Source: Lama glama (lineage: Eukaryota). From it: a stretch of 64,000 bases of DNA. The notes beneath the pieces were generated by a model, which saw only the letters and a list, made by a program, of their open reading frames with translations, searched no databases and had not been told where the DNA came from. This document shows positions 40,031 to 53,694 of this stretch, piece by piece. How positions within the stretch are numbered: the stretch's first letter is position 1; each line of letters opens with the position of its first letter. The stretch covers positions 33,916,001 to 33,980,000 of the forward strand of contig CM052816.1 in the NCBI GenBank assembly GCA_028534125.1, in the 5' to 3' direction. The position numbers and the translations under genes were made by a program.

Positions 40031-42559
40031 AATAAAAGAAAGCATCACTTGCCATCCTCATTTTCAGTGGCTTCAGAACATATATGGTCACAGTTGGACC
40101 AAGCCTAAATCTGAACTTGGCCTATTTCCTTCTCTTCACTGGCTGCCTTCCCTTGTGATTAGCCTGTAAATCCATCATCTGGAACTTCAAATATAGTTGC
40201 CCAAAGCTACGAACTTTCTCTTAGAAAATGTCTATACAGTCTAGTTCGTAATCACTCGGTCAAGTCTCCAGAATGCAGCAGGATACTTTTCCTCTTTCTT
40301 TTTTACATTAATACTTCAAGGTAGGGGACTGGAGGTTTGAACTGGACATATTGCCAGAAAACTGGTCCTGAGCCTGGGACCTCAGAGACGGCACGGGGTG
40401 GGGTGAGAAACAGCTGCAGGCACTCCTTCGTCCCTTTGATGTACTGCCACCTTTGGCTGAGCTGTTGCAGGGGAGGAAATAGTTTCTGTCCGACATGTGT
40501 GAGAAGAACTGGAGATTTTAAGTATCAGGTACAGGACAAAGAGTCCCTCTGGTCACATATTCTGTGACTGCCCAGTTGTACTTCCATTTCATAAACCTTG
40601 GATTGGAGCTATATTTTGTGATCTGATTATTTTATACCTAAAAAACATGGAAGAATCTAACCATTTTCTTCCTTGTCAACATTGCCCCCGGCAATCAAAG
40701 CTTAATCTGTAGGGACTGTAGAACAAAGTTATTAATTGTACAGGTGAGACTTCATGCTCTAAATGTAAAGCATTTACAGAATCTTCGTAAAGCTCCCAAA
40801 ATATTACTATTCTTCTCAGGTAGTTTGCTCTCTTTCCCACAATTGAATCTTCATTTAGGTCTGTACATATTTAAACTGAAAGATTCCTACTGTCTCCTTC
40901 TCTTTATTCCCTGATAAGGTTGCTACTATTCCTTTTGACTGTGATAGGCTAAAATGACAAGCTGGACTTTTCACTCAAAAGCCTCTGACCTGTAGAAGTA
41001 TTAATCTACCCAAATAAAGGTGCTAAGAATCTTATGGAAACATTCCTCACATTTTTGAAGCATAAATACAAAGATGTATCCAATTTGATCCAATCTGTGG
41101 CTCAACATTGTGGGAAAAAGATCCATGAACTAGAAATCATGGAATATTTCTAAAAGTATTTATGGTGCTAAAGTATATTTCAATGTGCCAGTTAACAAAT
41201 CAAGGTTTATAATAATATACCTTAGCAATGGAGAAAAAATAAGATAGATTTTGACTTTCTATTTGAATTAATTAAGAAGCAAATGTGTATACATTGATGA
41301 AAATAACTCAGTAGGTACTTGTAACTTCCTTTGTTACACGAGTCAGAATTACATTAAGATCTTCCAGCGTGCTTCAAGTTGATTTTTTTCTGTCATTTAA
41401 TCTGGTTCAGAAATGAATATATTACTCTAGAGTCTCTCTCTTCTTCACCTCTCACATCCATCCAGAGTAACCTGATAATATGTTCATGGGCACAGAAATC
41501 ACTGATTTAATCCAACACAGTAATTCAGTGTTTGGTTCAGGTATTTCTTAAGGTTTTGGACAAACAGTGAATTTATTAAAGACATCCAAAGTAGCTACCT
41601 GTTGGAAGGAGTAATAGAAGGTCTCCACATGGAGTGAAGAGTGAAAGATTTAGGGAAGAAGAGGGGGGAAACAGCGCCAACATTGTTCTGCTGTAGATGA
41701 AGAGATGTTTATTGGACTGGCCTTGGATGTTAGAAATTTGGGAGAAGTCTCAGCTCAGCTGTCAAGTGTGGGTGGTGGTAGGAAACCTATTATCTCTCTC
41801 AGAATCTTAGTTTCTTCAGAAGGTTCAAAAGAAGGGCCAAAAGTCTCTGGCCCTTTCAATGGCTTTTAGAAAGAGTTTTTGCATGTTAATAAGCTTATAA
41901 ATACTGTTGTTACTCTTTTTTTTAATTTCCGAAGAATTTTTCTTTTTTTTCTTTTTTTGTTGCCTTTGGATGCAAAAACCTACAGGATTAACTACTTCCA
42001 TAGAGATAGTCCTTATATCTTGGCGGTATTAATTTAATTCTATGAAATTTAAAATAAATCCAAGAAGCAGACGTCTGATATTTATTTATAAAAATCATTG
42101 TTCTTGAAAAGCAAGTGAACTACTTTCTTCTTTGGTTCTAGTTATAAGATAGAAGATAATTATTTTTAATTAACAGATTTTCATAATTGGTCATGGGAGA
42201 AAATTATAGAATTCAAGACAGGTTCTAATCATTTCCTTAAATATTTGTCAACATTTTGGCATCCTTGTCATCACATTTCAATTAACTGCCACACACTATA
42301 TATTAAAATGATCAACTGACTTGCTTTTGTTTTTTGTTTTCTGTCATACCTGCAGCAGAAAATGGGCATATTAGTAGTAGTCTGGTCTTCTTTGGTGTAT
42401 TCTGTTGGATGTTTGTTTAAAATGTGTAATGATCAAGTTTGATTATATAAAATAACCCTTTGATCATTATTTAAATATATATGTGTGTATAGTGATAGGT
42501 AAATCATCATTATTATTATAACACTGAAAATATAAAGCACCCTAGAATTCCTATTTATT

Positions 42560-43765
42560 CTGTTACGCATCCAAAATATATCCCCAAATTTTCTACCCAT
42601 CTCTATCTCTACTGTTAACTCCTATCACATTCGGGAGCCCCCATGGCTACCCTTACTTCTAAAACTGCCTGGGAGTTGGGGATCCCCAGGACAGCCCTCA
42701 GGTTCCATAATTTGTAGATGAACTCACAGAGTTCAGCAGAGCCACCTTACTCATGATTGTGGTTAATTACAGTGAAAGGATCAAAATTAGCCAAAGAAGA
42801 GGTGCACAGGGCTCTCCACTGTCTTCTCCCAGTGGAGTTGTGTGGAGAGCATTTACTTCTCCTAGAAACAATATGTGACAATATGCAGAGTATTGTCACC
42901 TGTGGAAGGTCACCAAGCTTTAGTATCCAGAATTTTTACTGGGGTTCAGTTACATACACTTGGCTGACCTCAGTCTCTGGCCTTTTCAAAGGCAAAATTG
43001 ATACCAACATTTAAGGTTCCCAGGTAAACAAAAACATTCTTATCAGACAGGATATTCTGAGACCTAAGAGCTGACTTCCCAGAAGCCAAGGGCAAAGACC
43101 ACTGTACAAATTTACTGTACAACTCCCAAGCCTATGATGTCTTCACTGCTTCTAGATTAACTGCAAAAAGCTAAAAATCTTCCAGTCTTCCTTATACTCC
43201 CATTTTCTACAAAGAAGCCAAAAATATTTTTTAAAACATGAAATGGGTAAATTCCTTTCCATATTTAAATATTCTGTTAGCTTTTTATTATACTAAGAAT
43301 AAAACCCAAAGTCCTTTCCGTGGCCCACAAATTGGCCATGATCATTCAGAGTGTGCCTCTGGACCCTCAGTATCTTGCACTCCATCCGTTTTATCCTTTC
43401 TCTGCTTCTCTGAACTTTCAAGCTATTCCAGGTCCATAGCCTTTGCATTTTCCATCTCTTCTGGTGGGAACACTTTTCCTCAGCTCCTTGAATGGTGAAC
43501 TTTTTTTTAATCCATCAGATTTTAGCTTGAATACTGTATCCTCATGGAGGTCTTTGCTTTGTAGTAGTTTTCTTTTCCTAGTCATTGTTGGTCACTTTAC
43601 CATCTTTTATTATTTGAGTACTGATATTTTTCGGTTTACTTTCTTATTATCTGTCTTTCTCCACTAGAATTGTGTCCCAAGAACAGTAAGATTGTTTTTT
43701 TCTTTGGTATATAGAACAGTGGTTGGCACGTAGCATTGACTCAGTACATATTTATTCAACAAATG
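42560..43765 (+). mobile_element. L2a-type element interrupted by MER21-like LTR
   Basis: ccaaaatatatcc...ctctatctctactg | ...agaataaaacccaaagtcctttccgtggcccacaa...gaacagtggttggcacgtagc...tatttattcaacaaatg. Confidence 0.8.
42623..43121 (-). mobile_element. MER21-like solo LTR with 5-bp TSD (actcc)
   Basis: ccccaggacagccctcaggttccataattt...actcacagagttcag...attacagtgaaaggat...tatcagacaggatattc...agccaagggcaaagacc. actcc occurs at 42618-42622 and 43122-43126. Confidence 0.85.
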
Positions 43766-45439
43766 CCTGGCTTACTGACTGGTTCTTTACCTGCTTTCTT
43801 GGCATTGATATAGCTCCTTCCATGCTACATGGCATTTCTTAAAGACAATGTTTTATTAAAGTACATCTCACATTCAGGTTACCTTTCAGTGATACATTTG
43901 ATCCTATGGTGCCAAATTATATTTGTAAAAATTGTAAAGGCTGTATTTTTTATGCTTATTCATATAAGTAGAAATATTCATATTTCACATTCACTGAATA
44001 TGTGAAATATAAATATCTAGACTGGCAATGAAAGGCTTCCAGGGAGTTCAAACACTAAAGTAAAGCATTGTTACAAAGAAAGGATCATAATATTAGTTTT
44101 CAAGTGGCATAATTTCTCAGTAAACTTTCAAGATTTTTTAAGGATTTTGTTTTGGTTCACTTTTGTTATTTCCTAGGATACTGTCTGCTTAGCTGCAGAC
44201 AGACACATTTTCTCTCAGCATATTTAAAGTAACATCTTTGATAGCTGCCACAGGGTCACTCAAAGCAGAACAGAAGAGTGTCTTATGCTACAGCCCGGTC
44301 CTTGGATGAGAAGTTTCAGAGCAGGCATGCTTCTCAGCAAGTGTCCAGACATGCATATTTGAGTGCATTCTACTTTTTATGACAGTTACAACACAACCCA
44401 TCTGTCTTTATAAGGTTTTTTTTCTTCATTAACTGTCAGTCAACTGGATGTAATAGACTCTCCCTACAAATATTTGTAAGTAATACTTCACTGTACTTTA
44501 AATCGACAGGTGAACAGCTCACTGTTAAAGTCATCAATGACATTTATTAAAGTATTTGAGTTTTGAGAACATAGTTATCAGAATATATTTTATGGGTTCA
44601 TCACTGGTCTATTGGTCTTGTAGACTCTAAAAACAAACCTCATTCAGTTCAATGACTATAGTCTTAAAATATTGCTCCTCAACAAATGATCATTTAAAAC
44701 ACGTGAAGGAAGATAGTTTGTATGTACTTTTGTCAATCATTCTTTTTAATGTAAAGAATTTGGGAGTTTAGAAATAAATTTATAAATGGGTTAAAACCCA
44801 CAGTATGCTTTATTTGTCAAATTGTTCAAAAAATCCTTTTTTATTTCTCTACTATTGAGTTGTGGCCATATTTTTCTGCTAATGACTCATAAATTCATAG
44901 TTTCACTTCTGCTATTTTACTTGAATTAGAGCTCTATTTTTACAGCATGCTACAGGACACTGAAAATCAGATTCCCTTCAGCCACCATCGTGCCACATTT
45001 ATTTATCTCCTTTCTCCCCAAACTGGCTTTCCTACATAATCTCACTTCTGCAGGTAATTTTATTATTGTTTCAGTTTCCTGAGCTTGAAGATGTACTTTG
45101 TTTTCAACTTCACTCCTTCTCCTCCATAGCAGAGAAGTCTTATGAGATTTCTCTACAGTGTCTTAGCTTTGTCCTTTACTCTCCCATATTCTGCTGCTCA
45201 GCACAGGAGACCTAGATTACCTCATAAAACTTCCATATTGGTTTCCCAGTTTATTGCTTGAATAGACCTAACATTTCATTGAACAGAGACATCGTTACTC
45301 TTTTGCTCAAATACCTACCATTTAATTTGACCTCATTTACCCTTAGTTATTTTACCTTATCCTTTTCTCACATGAACTCCACCTCAGCTCAGTTTGAGAT
45401 CCACCCTATCACCCTCTCCTTTCTCTCTTCTTACAGTTA

Positions 45440-46115
45440 CCTCTCTGCTGGGAATCGGTGGGCCTGTTATTGAGGGCCTGAGTGGGCATGGTGCCTGCCG
45501 AGTCCCTGAGCAGATGGGACCACCTCCAGGACCATGGTGGAGCAGGGCTAGAGCCTGGTCATGGGACCACTGCCAGGTCTGCAGATCTCAGGCCTGTTAT
45601 CAGGGATACAAATGGATCTGGCTCCCACCAGGTCCCTGTGCATGCTTCTGCTAGGTCGATGGTTGGGTTCCTGGGTGGGCAGACCTGCCTCAGGACCATG
45701 GTGGAATGAGGCTAAAACTGCGTCATAGAGTTGCTTCAGGGTCCACAGGTCAGGTCCTCAGCCAGTGGGCCTGTTACGCAGGACCCCAATAGGCATGGGT
45801 CCTCTGGTGGATGTGGATGGTGGCAAGACTGTGGACAAGCAGGGCTGGAGCCAAGTTCACAGGGGGACAGGGGTGCTTCTAGGTCCACAACTGGAGTCAC
45901 ATCACTGTTAACAGACTGGCCACCTGGGTCCAGCCTGCCTTCTCAAAATGACTCTCTTGAGTCTTGGATTCCACTGATGTTTTACAACCTACTACCTGGA
46001 TCCCAAGGTCCCCACCAAAGGCACTTTTGTTCTTGGATGTCTGCCACATTGTTTCTTTCTGTGAGGAGATGAGGGCTGGCAACTTCCCATTCCACCATCT
46101 TGGTGACATCACTTC
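45440..46115 (-). mobile_element. Isolated L1M-type 5'UTR fragment
   Basis: Minus strand starts gaagtgatgtcaccaagatggtggaatgggaagttgccagccctcatctcctcacagaaa, a typical L1 5' terminus. GC-rich with internal degenerate repeats; no ORF1 follows. Confidence 0.75.
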
Positions 46116-46401
46116 GCCTATGTATAATTTCAGCTATTTCAGTGCACCAATTTTAACTGGTAAAATTTTTGTGAGGGGAAAATTATATTTTCAAAAGAAC
46201 TTGCTGCTTAACTGTAGCATCATATTTGCAGCTTATATTTTCTCTTCTCAAGTGTGAACTTCAGATAGAAAGGGTGGAAGGTGGACATATGCCTTCCTCC
46301 TCCCATTTCTTAACTATACAGACTTTCTCTTCTGTCTTCTAATCTTCCTTTCCTATCAATGGAATAGAAGGTGGGGATTGTAAGGAAAAGGGCTTGTCTG
46401 A

Positions 46402-46518
46402 TATCATACATTTGTCTTTCTCTGTTTGACTTACTTCACTTAATATAATGATCTCTAGGTCCATCCATATTTCTGTAAATGGCATTATTTCATTCTCTTT
46501 ATGACTGAGTAATACTCC

Positions 46519-46567
<49 letters not shown>

Positions 46568-46595
46568 CACATCTTTATCCATTCAGCTGTCAATG
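46402..46595 (-). mobile_element. Internal L1 fragment (ORF2 C-terminus) without 3'UTR or poly(A), between 19-bp direct repeats
   Basis: tatcatacatttgtctttctctgtttgacttacttcactta...tctaggtccatccat...aatggcatt. Flanks are aggaaaagggcttgtctga (46383-46401) and aggagaagtgcttgtctga (46596-46614). Confidence 0.85.
46525..46566. repeat. Perfect (CA)21 microsatellite
   Basis: 42 nt of uninterrupted CA inside the L1 fragment. Confidence 0.97.
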
Positions 46596-47906
46596 AGGAG
46601 AAGTGCTTGTCTGAATTTGAGAGGCCTGTGCTTCATGGGGTAAGATTATGCCAACTTCCACCTGACATTTACTCATCAGCAGTATGATGCTAGGGGAATT
46701 TCTAATCAAGTTGAAGCTCATATTCAGTAGAAGCTCTCTTCTATTCTAAGTATGATATGGTCTTCATAGCAGGGTTGTACTGAGGAGCAACTAGAATAAG
46801 GGCACATAGTCAGTATCCCCAAGTATTCTAGTTATCATAGCAATTATAATTATTATTTGCCTGGATTGTGAAACACAGATTGAATTAGGAAAAGATGAAG
46901 ATTGTGATTTTTCAGATTATGCTTATATATTTAAGAAGGGCATTGCTGAGTTCCAGTGTCACACAGGCTCTCACCAGGATAGCCTTCCATCTCCCTTTCT
47001 GAACCTTCTCTTCCTCTGGCTCCTCTTACCCACTTCACATATACTCAGTACCTTCATATTGCTCTTTCGCTAACTTAAGTTCACATACCCTTTGATACCT
47101 GTATTATTTCATTCTCCAAATTTATTTATCTCATCATGACCTAAATTAGACTTCTCTTTTCTTGAATAGCATTGCAATATACCATCTAAGTAAGAAATAA
47201 TTAAGATAAAGAGTAAAGAGAAACATCTTTCTCTCTTCTGTAAGGAAAACACTCATTTTAAAAGTGGAACTTGATAATTTATTTAAATTTCTAATTGGTA
47301 TATAATTTTTAGAAGTGTATTAGACCTTAAAAAAATCTCTTCTGGATTCATTACTCCTTTTCCTCTATTTCAATTGATTTATGCCTCTATTATTTAAGAA
47401 AATCTTCCAGCTTATAATTATATCAGTAATTTTTCCCTGCTTTTCACATTATTTTCAAAGCTTTTTTCTTGCTTCAAATGCTACGTTTCATAGTTTGATC
47501 ATTTTTTTTAATGACAGCCAGTGTTTCCTGTGTCTCTGATTTAGTGTAAAAATTTACCATGGTGGTTTAAGTGTTCATATTGCCTTGAACAAATTCCTCT
47601 TTATTTGAATTCCAAAAATTTGTTTATAATACATAGTTTACAGTTTACCTTTTTCACTTTTAAGTTTATGATGTGTAATACTAGTTAGGTGTAGTTCATC
47701 TTTTTATATGGCTAGAAATTTCAAAATGATCTCTGAGATCTTTTAAAATTAAAATAGTAAAAGTAGTGAAGGGTAAAAAAAAAACTCCAAACCTCCGCAT
47801 TTAAAACTTTAAAATATTAGTAAAATCAAAAAAATTTTTCCCTCAAAACCATGCATTAGTAAGATGGATAAAATGATATCTTCTCAAAGAATCTTTCTTT
47901 TTTTAA

Positions 47907-48191
<285 letters not shown>

Positions 48192-48358
48192 TGATTCACA
48201 GTTGAGAACATTTTTTTTTTTAAATTTTAATACTGACCTATTTTTAGTTAAAGATTAGAGGGTTGGCAGTCTTCTGATTAAGCAGCTTGAAAGGAGTTGG
48301 TTTTAGGGAAGAGTAATTGTTCTGGTTTGAGCTTGTGCCTTCGAGAGACATCTCCAAG

Positions 48359-48761
48359 TAGGCTGCTTACGCGTTCCAATTTGCCTGGGTTAGCCTGGGT
48401 CGCTGCCTGATTTTCCAGCTTTCTTATTAGTAGTGTCTCAATATGAATAACAAGTTATTATCTTATTTGTGAATTTTTCTTTCCAATGTTACAGTATAAA
48501 TTGCATATGTAGATTCGCTAAATCTAATGTCTTTTTCTTTCAAGTTAAAAATGTATTTTACAAATTCTTGGTTTTTCTAGTTCTATTTGAATATATACAT
48601 ATATATATATTCAAAGAAAATCATTATGAAATTAGCTATCCATTCTTCATAAAATGCAAATATGATTTTCTATGGGGTATCCTATGATATTTCAAAACTC
48701 CATCAGGTAGTTTTTTTTCTTCTCTTTGTCTTATTTTGAGCCAGGTTAATTTGTTATCCTA
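48359..48761. mobile_element. Possible hAT-Blackjack (MER63/MER81-like) remnant
   Basis: Starts taggctgcttacgcgttccaatttgcctggg and ends ttaatttgttatccta, resembling degenerate tagggtgacc...ggtcacccta termini. Confidence 0.45.
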
Positions 48762-50939
48762 AATTATACTTTTTTTGTTTTCGTCCCTGTAAGTTTCTGG
48801 TTCTTTCTAGCTTTCACAGATGCAATTATCCTAAGAATCCTAATGTCCAGTTTTCCAGTAATAATTATGTATATGAATTAATGTTAACAAGAAGAGCAAA
48901 TAATGACTCACTCTGCTTAATTGATCATCCAAGCATATGGATGGGCCATTATTGCAACACAGAATATCTATACTCCAGACCCTTAGTAGGAAACAAATCT
49001 TTAAACTTGTATTTGAATCATGTCTGGTTTGGGGTAATGATCTTTATGGAGGGACTACCTAAAAACATGCAGTACATCCTTTTCTCTAGATTTCTAATAT
49101 GTGTGTATATATATATTTTTTTTTTTGTGGAAAAATACGGATTGCCTCCCACTTAAACTACATTGTTTTGGATTTCATGGAACTGGTTTCATGAAACTTG
49201 CTTTAGCCTTGTCCTTGGTTTTAGATTGAGGAACATGGGAAAAAAAGAAAAACAATTATCTATTAGTATCTATTATAGTGATGACCACTGTATCACCCAA
49301 TATCCTTTTTACTGAGTTTTAGGAAATAAATCCTCCTTAGTTTCATGTGCTTTCTGAAACTTACCGGTTTTGTATAAGCAGCTTGCTGGAGCTTAAAAAA
49401 TAGGAGGCAAAATTTTTGCCACTTTCTAAGAGAAATAGAGGATGATATGTATTCATTTCATCTAGTCTTATTTTTTCCTTTTTTTTCCATGATTCTTTCA
49501 ATTATTTGTATTATTCTCTGGTTTTATATCAATTTTTATGCCACTTTATAGCTCAAATTGATTATACTGTAAGCCAACTCAAATTTGTCATTTCTATAAT
49601 TAGAATTCTATTTATATTCCTGTTTTCAAGGCTAATCATTTGATATAAGATAGCTTCTTTCTTCAAAAATTTTGGTAAATATCTATAGATAATTACATTT
49701 GAAATTCATAAGTCTGTTAATCAGACACAGCAAATATTTTTTAGATGCTAGATCCAAGTGAAGACCTTATTATTCAAGCAGTCAGCCTGAATTATAAGAA
49801 TAAAGGAATAAACAAAAGCATAACCACTAGATGTGCTAATTAGTTTTCAGTGCTTAGTGAGACTTCCAAGGGAAGCTTTCATTCATTTTAAATAGTAGAT
49901 GTGTGGGAAAGGCAAGTTTTCCTCGGAGAAAAATCTAAGAAATTTTAAAAAGCAGTTATATTAATCTAGGCATAGTAGACATTTAATATAAAAATAAGTT
50001 TAATTTGCATTAGGTAGATTAACTGAAAGATACAACTTACTCTAGACCTGTTTTATATAAAACTTAGCTAGAGAGAGATAGACACATTTGGATTACTGAT
50101 GATGTAAAAAATATAATGATATAAATGGATATAGATGATAAAGTATCTAGTTGGTGACTTTGAAATATCATTTCATTTAGTATGAGTTCCCTTACTTAAC
50201 ATTAAGATACTACAAGTATATAAAGTGAGAAATTATGTAAATGTTTTCACCAAAAATGGTAAAATAAATGAAGCAAATATGAATACTTAATAAATCTATT
50301 TTGCCATACTGAATTCTATGGACGAAACAAGGATATCCAAAAAATGACCTTTATGCAATTTTACTGTCTCATCCAATAGACACATTCTTCAGAAACATAA
50401 GGAGCAATACAAATAGAACATTATATACATGGCTGGCCCCACGAAAGTTCATGGCACAAAATGGAGCTCAGATAAATGTTTGGTTTAACTTTTTTCTTAT
50501 GTCAATGGGGAATAAATTATTATCATCTATAAGTAGTATTTGAGCTGGAAATTTAAATGATGAGTTACATGAAATGATTCAAAGGAGCAGGGTCAGAGAG
50601 AGCACCATTTAGATAAGGAAATGGCATGAGCCAAAGATAGATAAGAACAGTTTAAGAGAAAGCCTTTGGTTGGCTTTATCTAGTTGAGGAGAAGGTTTGG
50701 GTTGGGCAGTAGTAGGTACTAAATTTGAGAGGTATGTTTGGATTACCAAGCTAAGGTCTCAGAGACTTAGGAATAGTTTTATAAAACTGGAGTTGCTAAG
50801 TGAAGGAATCAGTTTTAGGAGAAAATTGTTCATTCATACTGGATTTTAATGGTTTGGCAATTTATGTTGGCTAAAAATCATGTGTATAATTTCCTAATTT
50901 TTAAAAATGAATTACTGCTTTGGAAATTGGGAGACACTG

Positions 50940-51372
50940 TTAGAGTCATTGTCTCCAATTTATTCAAGGCTCCTTATATCACATCCTTGCATCATTCCTG
51001 ACACATTCAAATTCTAGTCTTGACCTTGTGACCTGATTTCAACAACACTAAAGATTTGAAAAATGCTTACACATTGGGACCTGCCCTCTCTTGTTCCCTT
51101 GGGACCCTGCAATGATATATGAATAAGCCCAAGTTAATCAGGTGAACAATGAGAGACAACGTGGCACAGAGGCAAGCCATCCTAGTGGTTCCACGGCCCC
51201 CTCCCAAGACTGGTTAGTCACTATCTGACCCAACACACTGATCACAGATGCACGAATGAAACCAGAAGACCCATTCTGCTGTGCCCAACTCAAATGGCTG
51301 ACCCTGGCAATATGCACTAAATAAACCGTTGTGTTAAGCCTCTAAGTTTTGGGGTGATTTTTCTGCATAGGA
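50940..51372 (+). mobile_element. MLT1H/G-type MaLR LTR
   Basis: gatttgaaaaatgcttacacattggg...gaataagcccaag...atgagagacaacgtggc...gctgtgcccaactcaaatggctgacc...aaataaa...ttaagcctctaagttttggggtg. Confidence 0.8.
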
Positions 51373-51472
51373 GGTTTTCGGATTGAGAACTACATAAATG
51401 AGATTTTAATCTACTGCGTTTTTCAATATGAATGTTCATTTTTTTCATATTTATCATTTTTTAAAAGGCACT

Positions 51473-51667
51473 AATAATTATAGCTAAGATTTGTGTGGCA
51501 TTTTGCTGTGTGCCATGTGCTAAGCACTTTACATGCATTAATTATTTAATCCTCAAAAAGACCGTATCATGTATGAGTTTTTACAGTCTTGATTTTACTG
51601 ATGAAGAAATTGAAACTTTAAATAAGGGAAGTTAAACTTTTTGAAAGGTGAAGTAACTTGCCCATGG
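51473..51667 (-). mobile_element. MIR SINE
   Basis: tgtgtgcca...tgtgctaagcactttacatgcatta...tttaatcctca...attttactgatgaagaaattgaa...aggtgaagtaacttgcccatgg. Confidence 0.85.
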
Positions 51668-51669
51668 AA

Positions 51670-52720
51670 ACTGGTAGATTACATTGTTTGATTTTCTTAT
51701 GTTGAGTAATCATTGCATACCTGGAATAAAAACACTTGATGATGTAATAGCCTTTTTAATACGGCAATATTTGCTTTGATATTATTTTGCTTAGGATATT
51801 TACCCATGATGTTTTTCTTACAATGTTTTCTTATAATGTAAGGTTTTAAATCAAAGTTATATTGAACTAATGAAATGATTTTGGAAATGATTATCTCTTT
51901 TTATCTATTCTTTGGAAGAACTTTGTAGCATTGTCATAATTGCTTCCGTAATAATTTCGTAGAATTCCCGAGTGAAGCCATTTGGTCATGGATTCTGATA
52001 GAAAGATTTTTAATTGTGGAATAATTTTTCAGTTATTTGCCTTCCTAGACTTTATTTTTCATCACATCAGTTTTGGTTGTTTTTTTTCCCCCTAGGAATT
52101 TTCCATTTCATCTGCATTTTAAAAGATACAAACTTGCTCACATATCATTCTGTGATATTTTTAATGCCTTTAGAACCTGTCATGATGCTCTTTGCTTTGT
52201 TCTCTTTTTAGTCTATGTGCCAAGGGTTTATGAACTTTGTGTTTTGAAACACAAATTTTTATTCTCTTGATATTGATACCTATTACTTCTATTTTGAACC
52301 ATTGGTTATTGATGTTTATAGCTTAATGGCTTCATATATGGAGATTCTGTTATTATGGTAATGAGTGCTGACTTCTAGTTTAATTCTGCTGTGTTCTGGC
52401 ATAATACTCAGATCATCATGAAATGTTCTTTTTTATAAAAACTATCTTTTTTATAACCACTGTATCTTTCTTTTATCTGGCTTCTTTTGTTTAGTATTTG
52501 CATGGAGTATCTATTTCGTTTTTTTAAATTTCAAGCTCTCTGAATCCTTATATGTATGTATCTTTAGAGAAAGTTTTTTTAACCTGAAAATTATTGACTT
52601 TACATTTGAACCCTTATTCTATTTGCACTTAATATCATTAGAATATATTTATGTTTACTACTACATCTTATTATTTACTATTCTGTTTGTACCTCCTTTA
52701 CTTTGCTTTCTTTTAATTTT
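51670..52720 (-). mobile_element. Very old L1 ORF2 fragment
   Basis: gattttcttatgttgag...ttgcatacctggaataaa...tattttgcttaggatattt...tattctttggaagaa...tagaattcccgagtgaagccatttgg. Confidence 0.7.
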
Positions 52721-53694
52721 TTCCTCCCTTTTAATTCCAGTCTTTTTTATTGAAGTGTAGTTGACTTGCAATCTTATATTAGCTTCAGGTGCACAACATA
52801 GTGATTCAATATTTATATAATTATGTTGCATTAAAGTTATTATAAAATATTGGCCATATTCCTTGTACTGTATATTGCATCCTGTATGTTACTTATTTTA
52901 TACCTAGTATATTGTACCTCTTAATCCCTTTCCCTATCTTGCACTGCCCCCCACCCCTCTTCTCACTGGTGGCCACTAATTTATTTGCTGTGTCTAAGAG
53001 TTTGTTTCTGTTTTGTTATATTCAATCATTAGTTTCCATTTTTAGATTCCACATGTAAGTGTAAACATACAATATTTGTCTTTCTCTGTCTGACTTATTT
53101 CACTAAGCATAATACCTTCCAGGTCCAACCATGTTGTTGCAAATGGCAAAATTGCATTCTTTTCCATGGCTGAGTAATATTCCATTATATACATGTGTGT
53201 GTGTTTTTATATATATATAAAATATAATATGTTTATTTCACAACTTTTTTATCCATTCATCTGTTGATGGACAGTTTGCTTCCACATCTTGGCTATTTTA
53301 AATAATGTTGCTATGAACATTGGGGTACATGTATCTTTTTGAATCAGTGAATCAGTGTTTTTGTTCTTTTCAAATATACACCCAGGAGTGAAATTACTGG
53401 ATCATATGGTAGTTCTTTTAATTTTATTATTAAAATTTTCCATGAAGACTGTACCAATTTACATTCCCACTAACAGGGTTAGAACTAGGGTTCTTTTTAA
53501 TCTACTTCCTCACCATTCCTAATGTGTTGTCCTTTTGTTGATAGCCATTCTGACCCATGTGAGGTGACATCTCATTTTGGTTTTGGTTTGAATTTCCCTG
53601 CTAATTAGTGATGTTGAGCATCTTCTCATGGCCTCTTGGCTATCTGTATGTCTTCTTTGGAGAAATGTCTATTCAGGTCTTCTGCCCACTTTTT

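Noticed and set aside
45394..46257. Several overlapping 70-113 aa ORFs
   Set aside because: They overlap the GC-rich orphan L1 5'UTR and show no recognisable domain.
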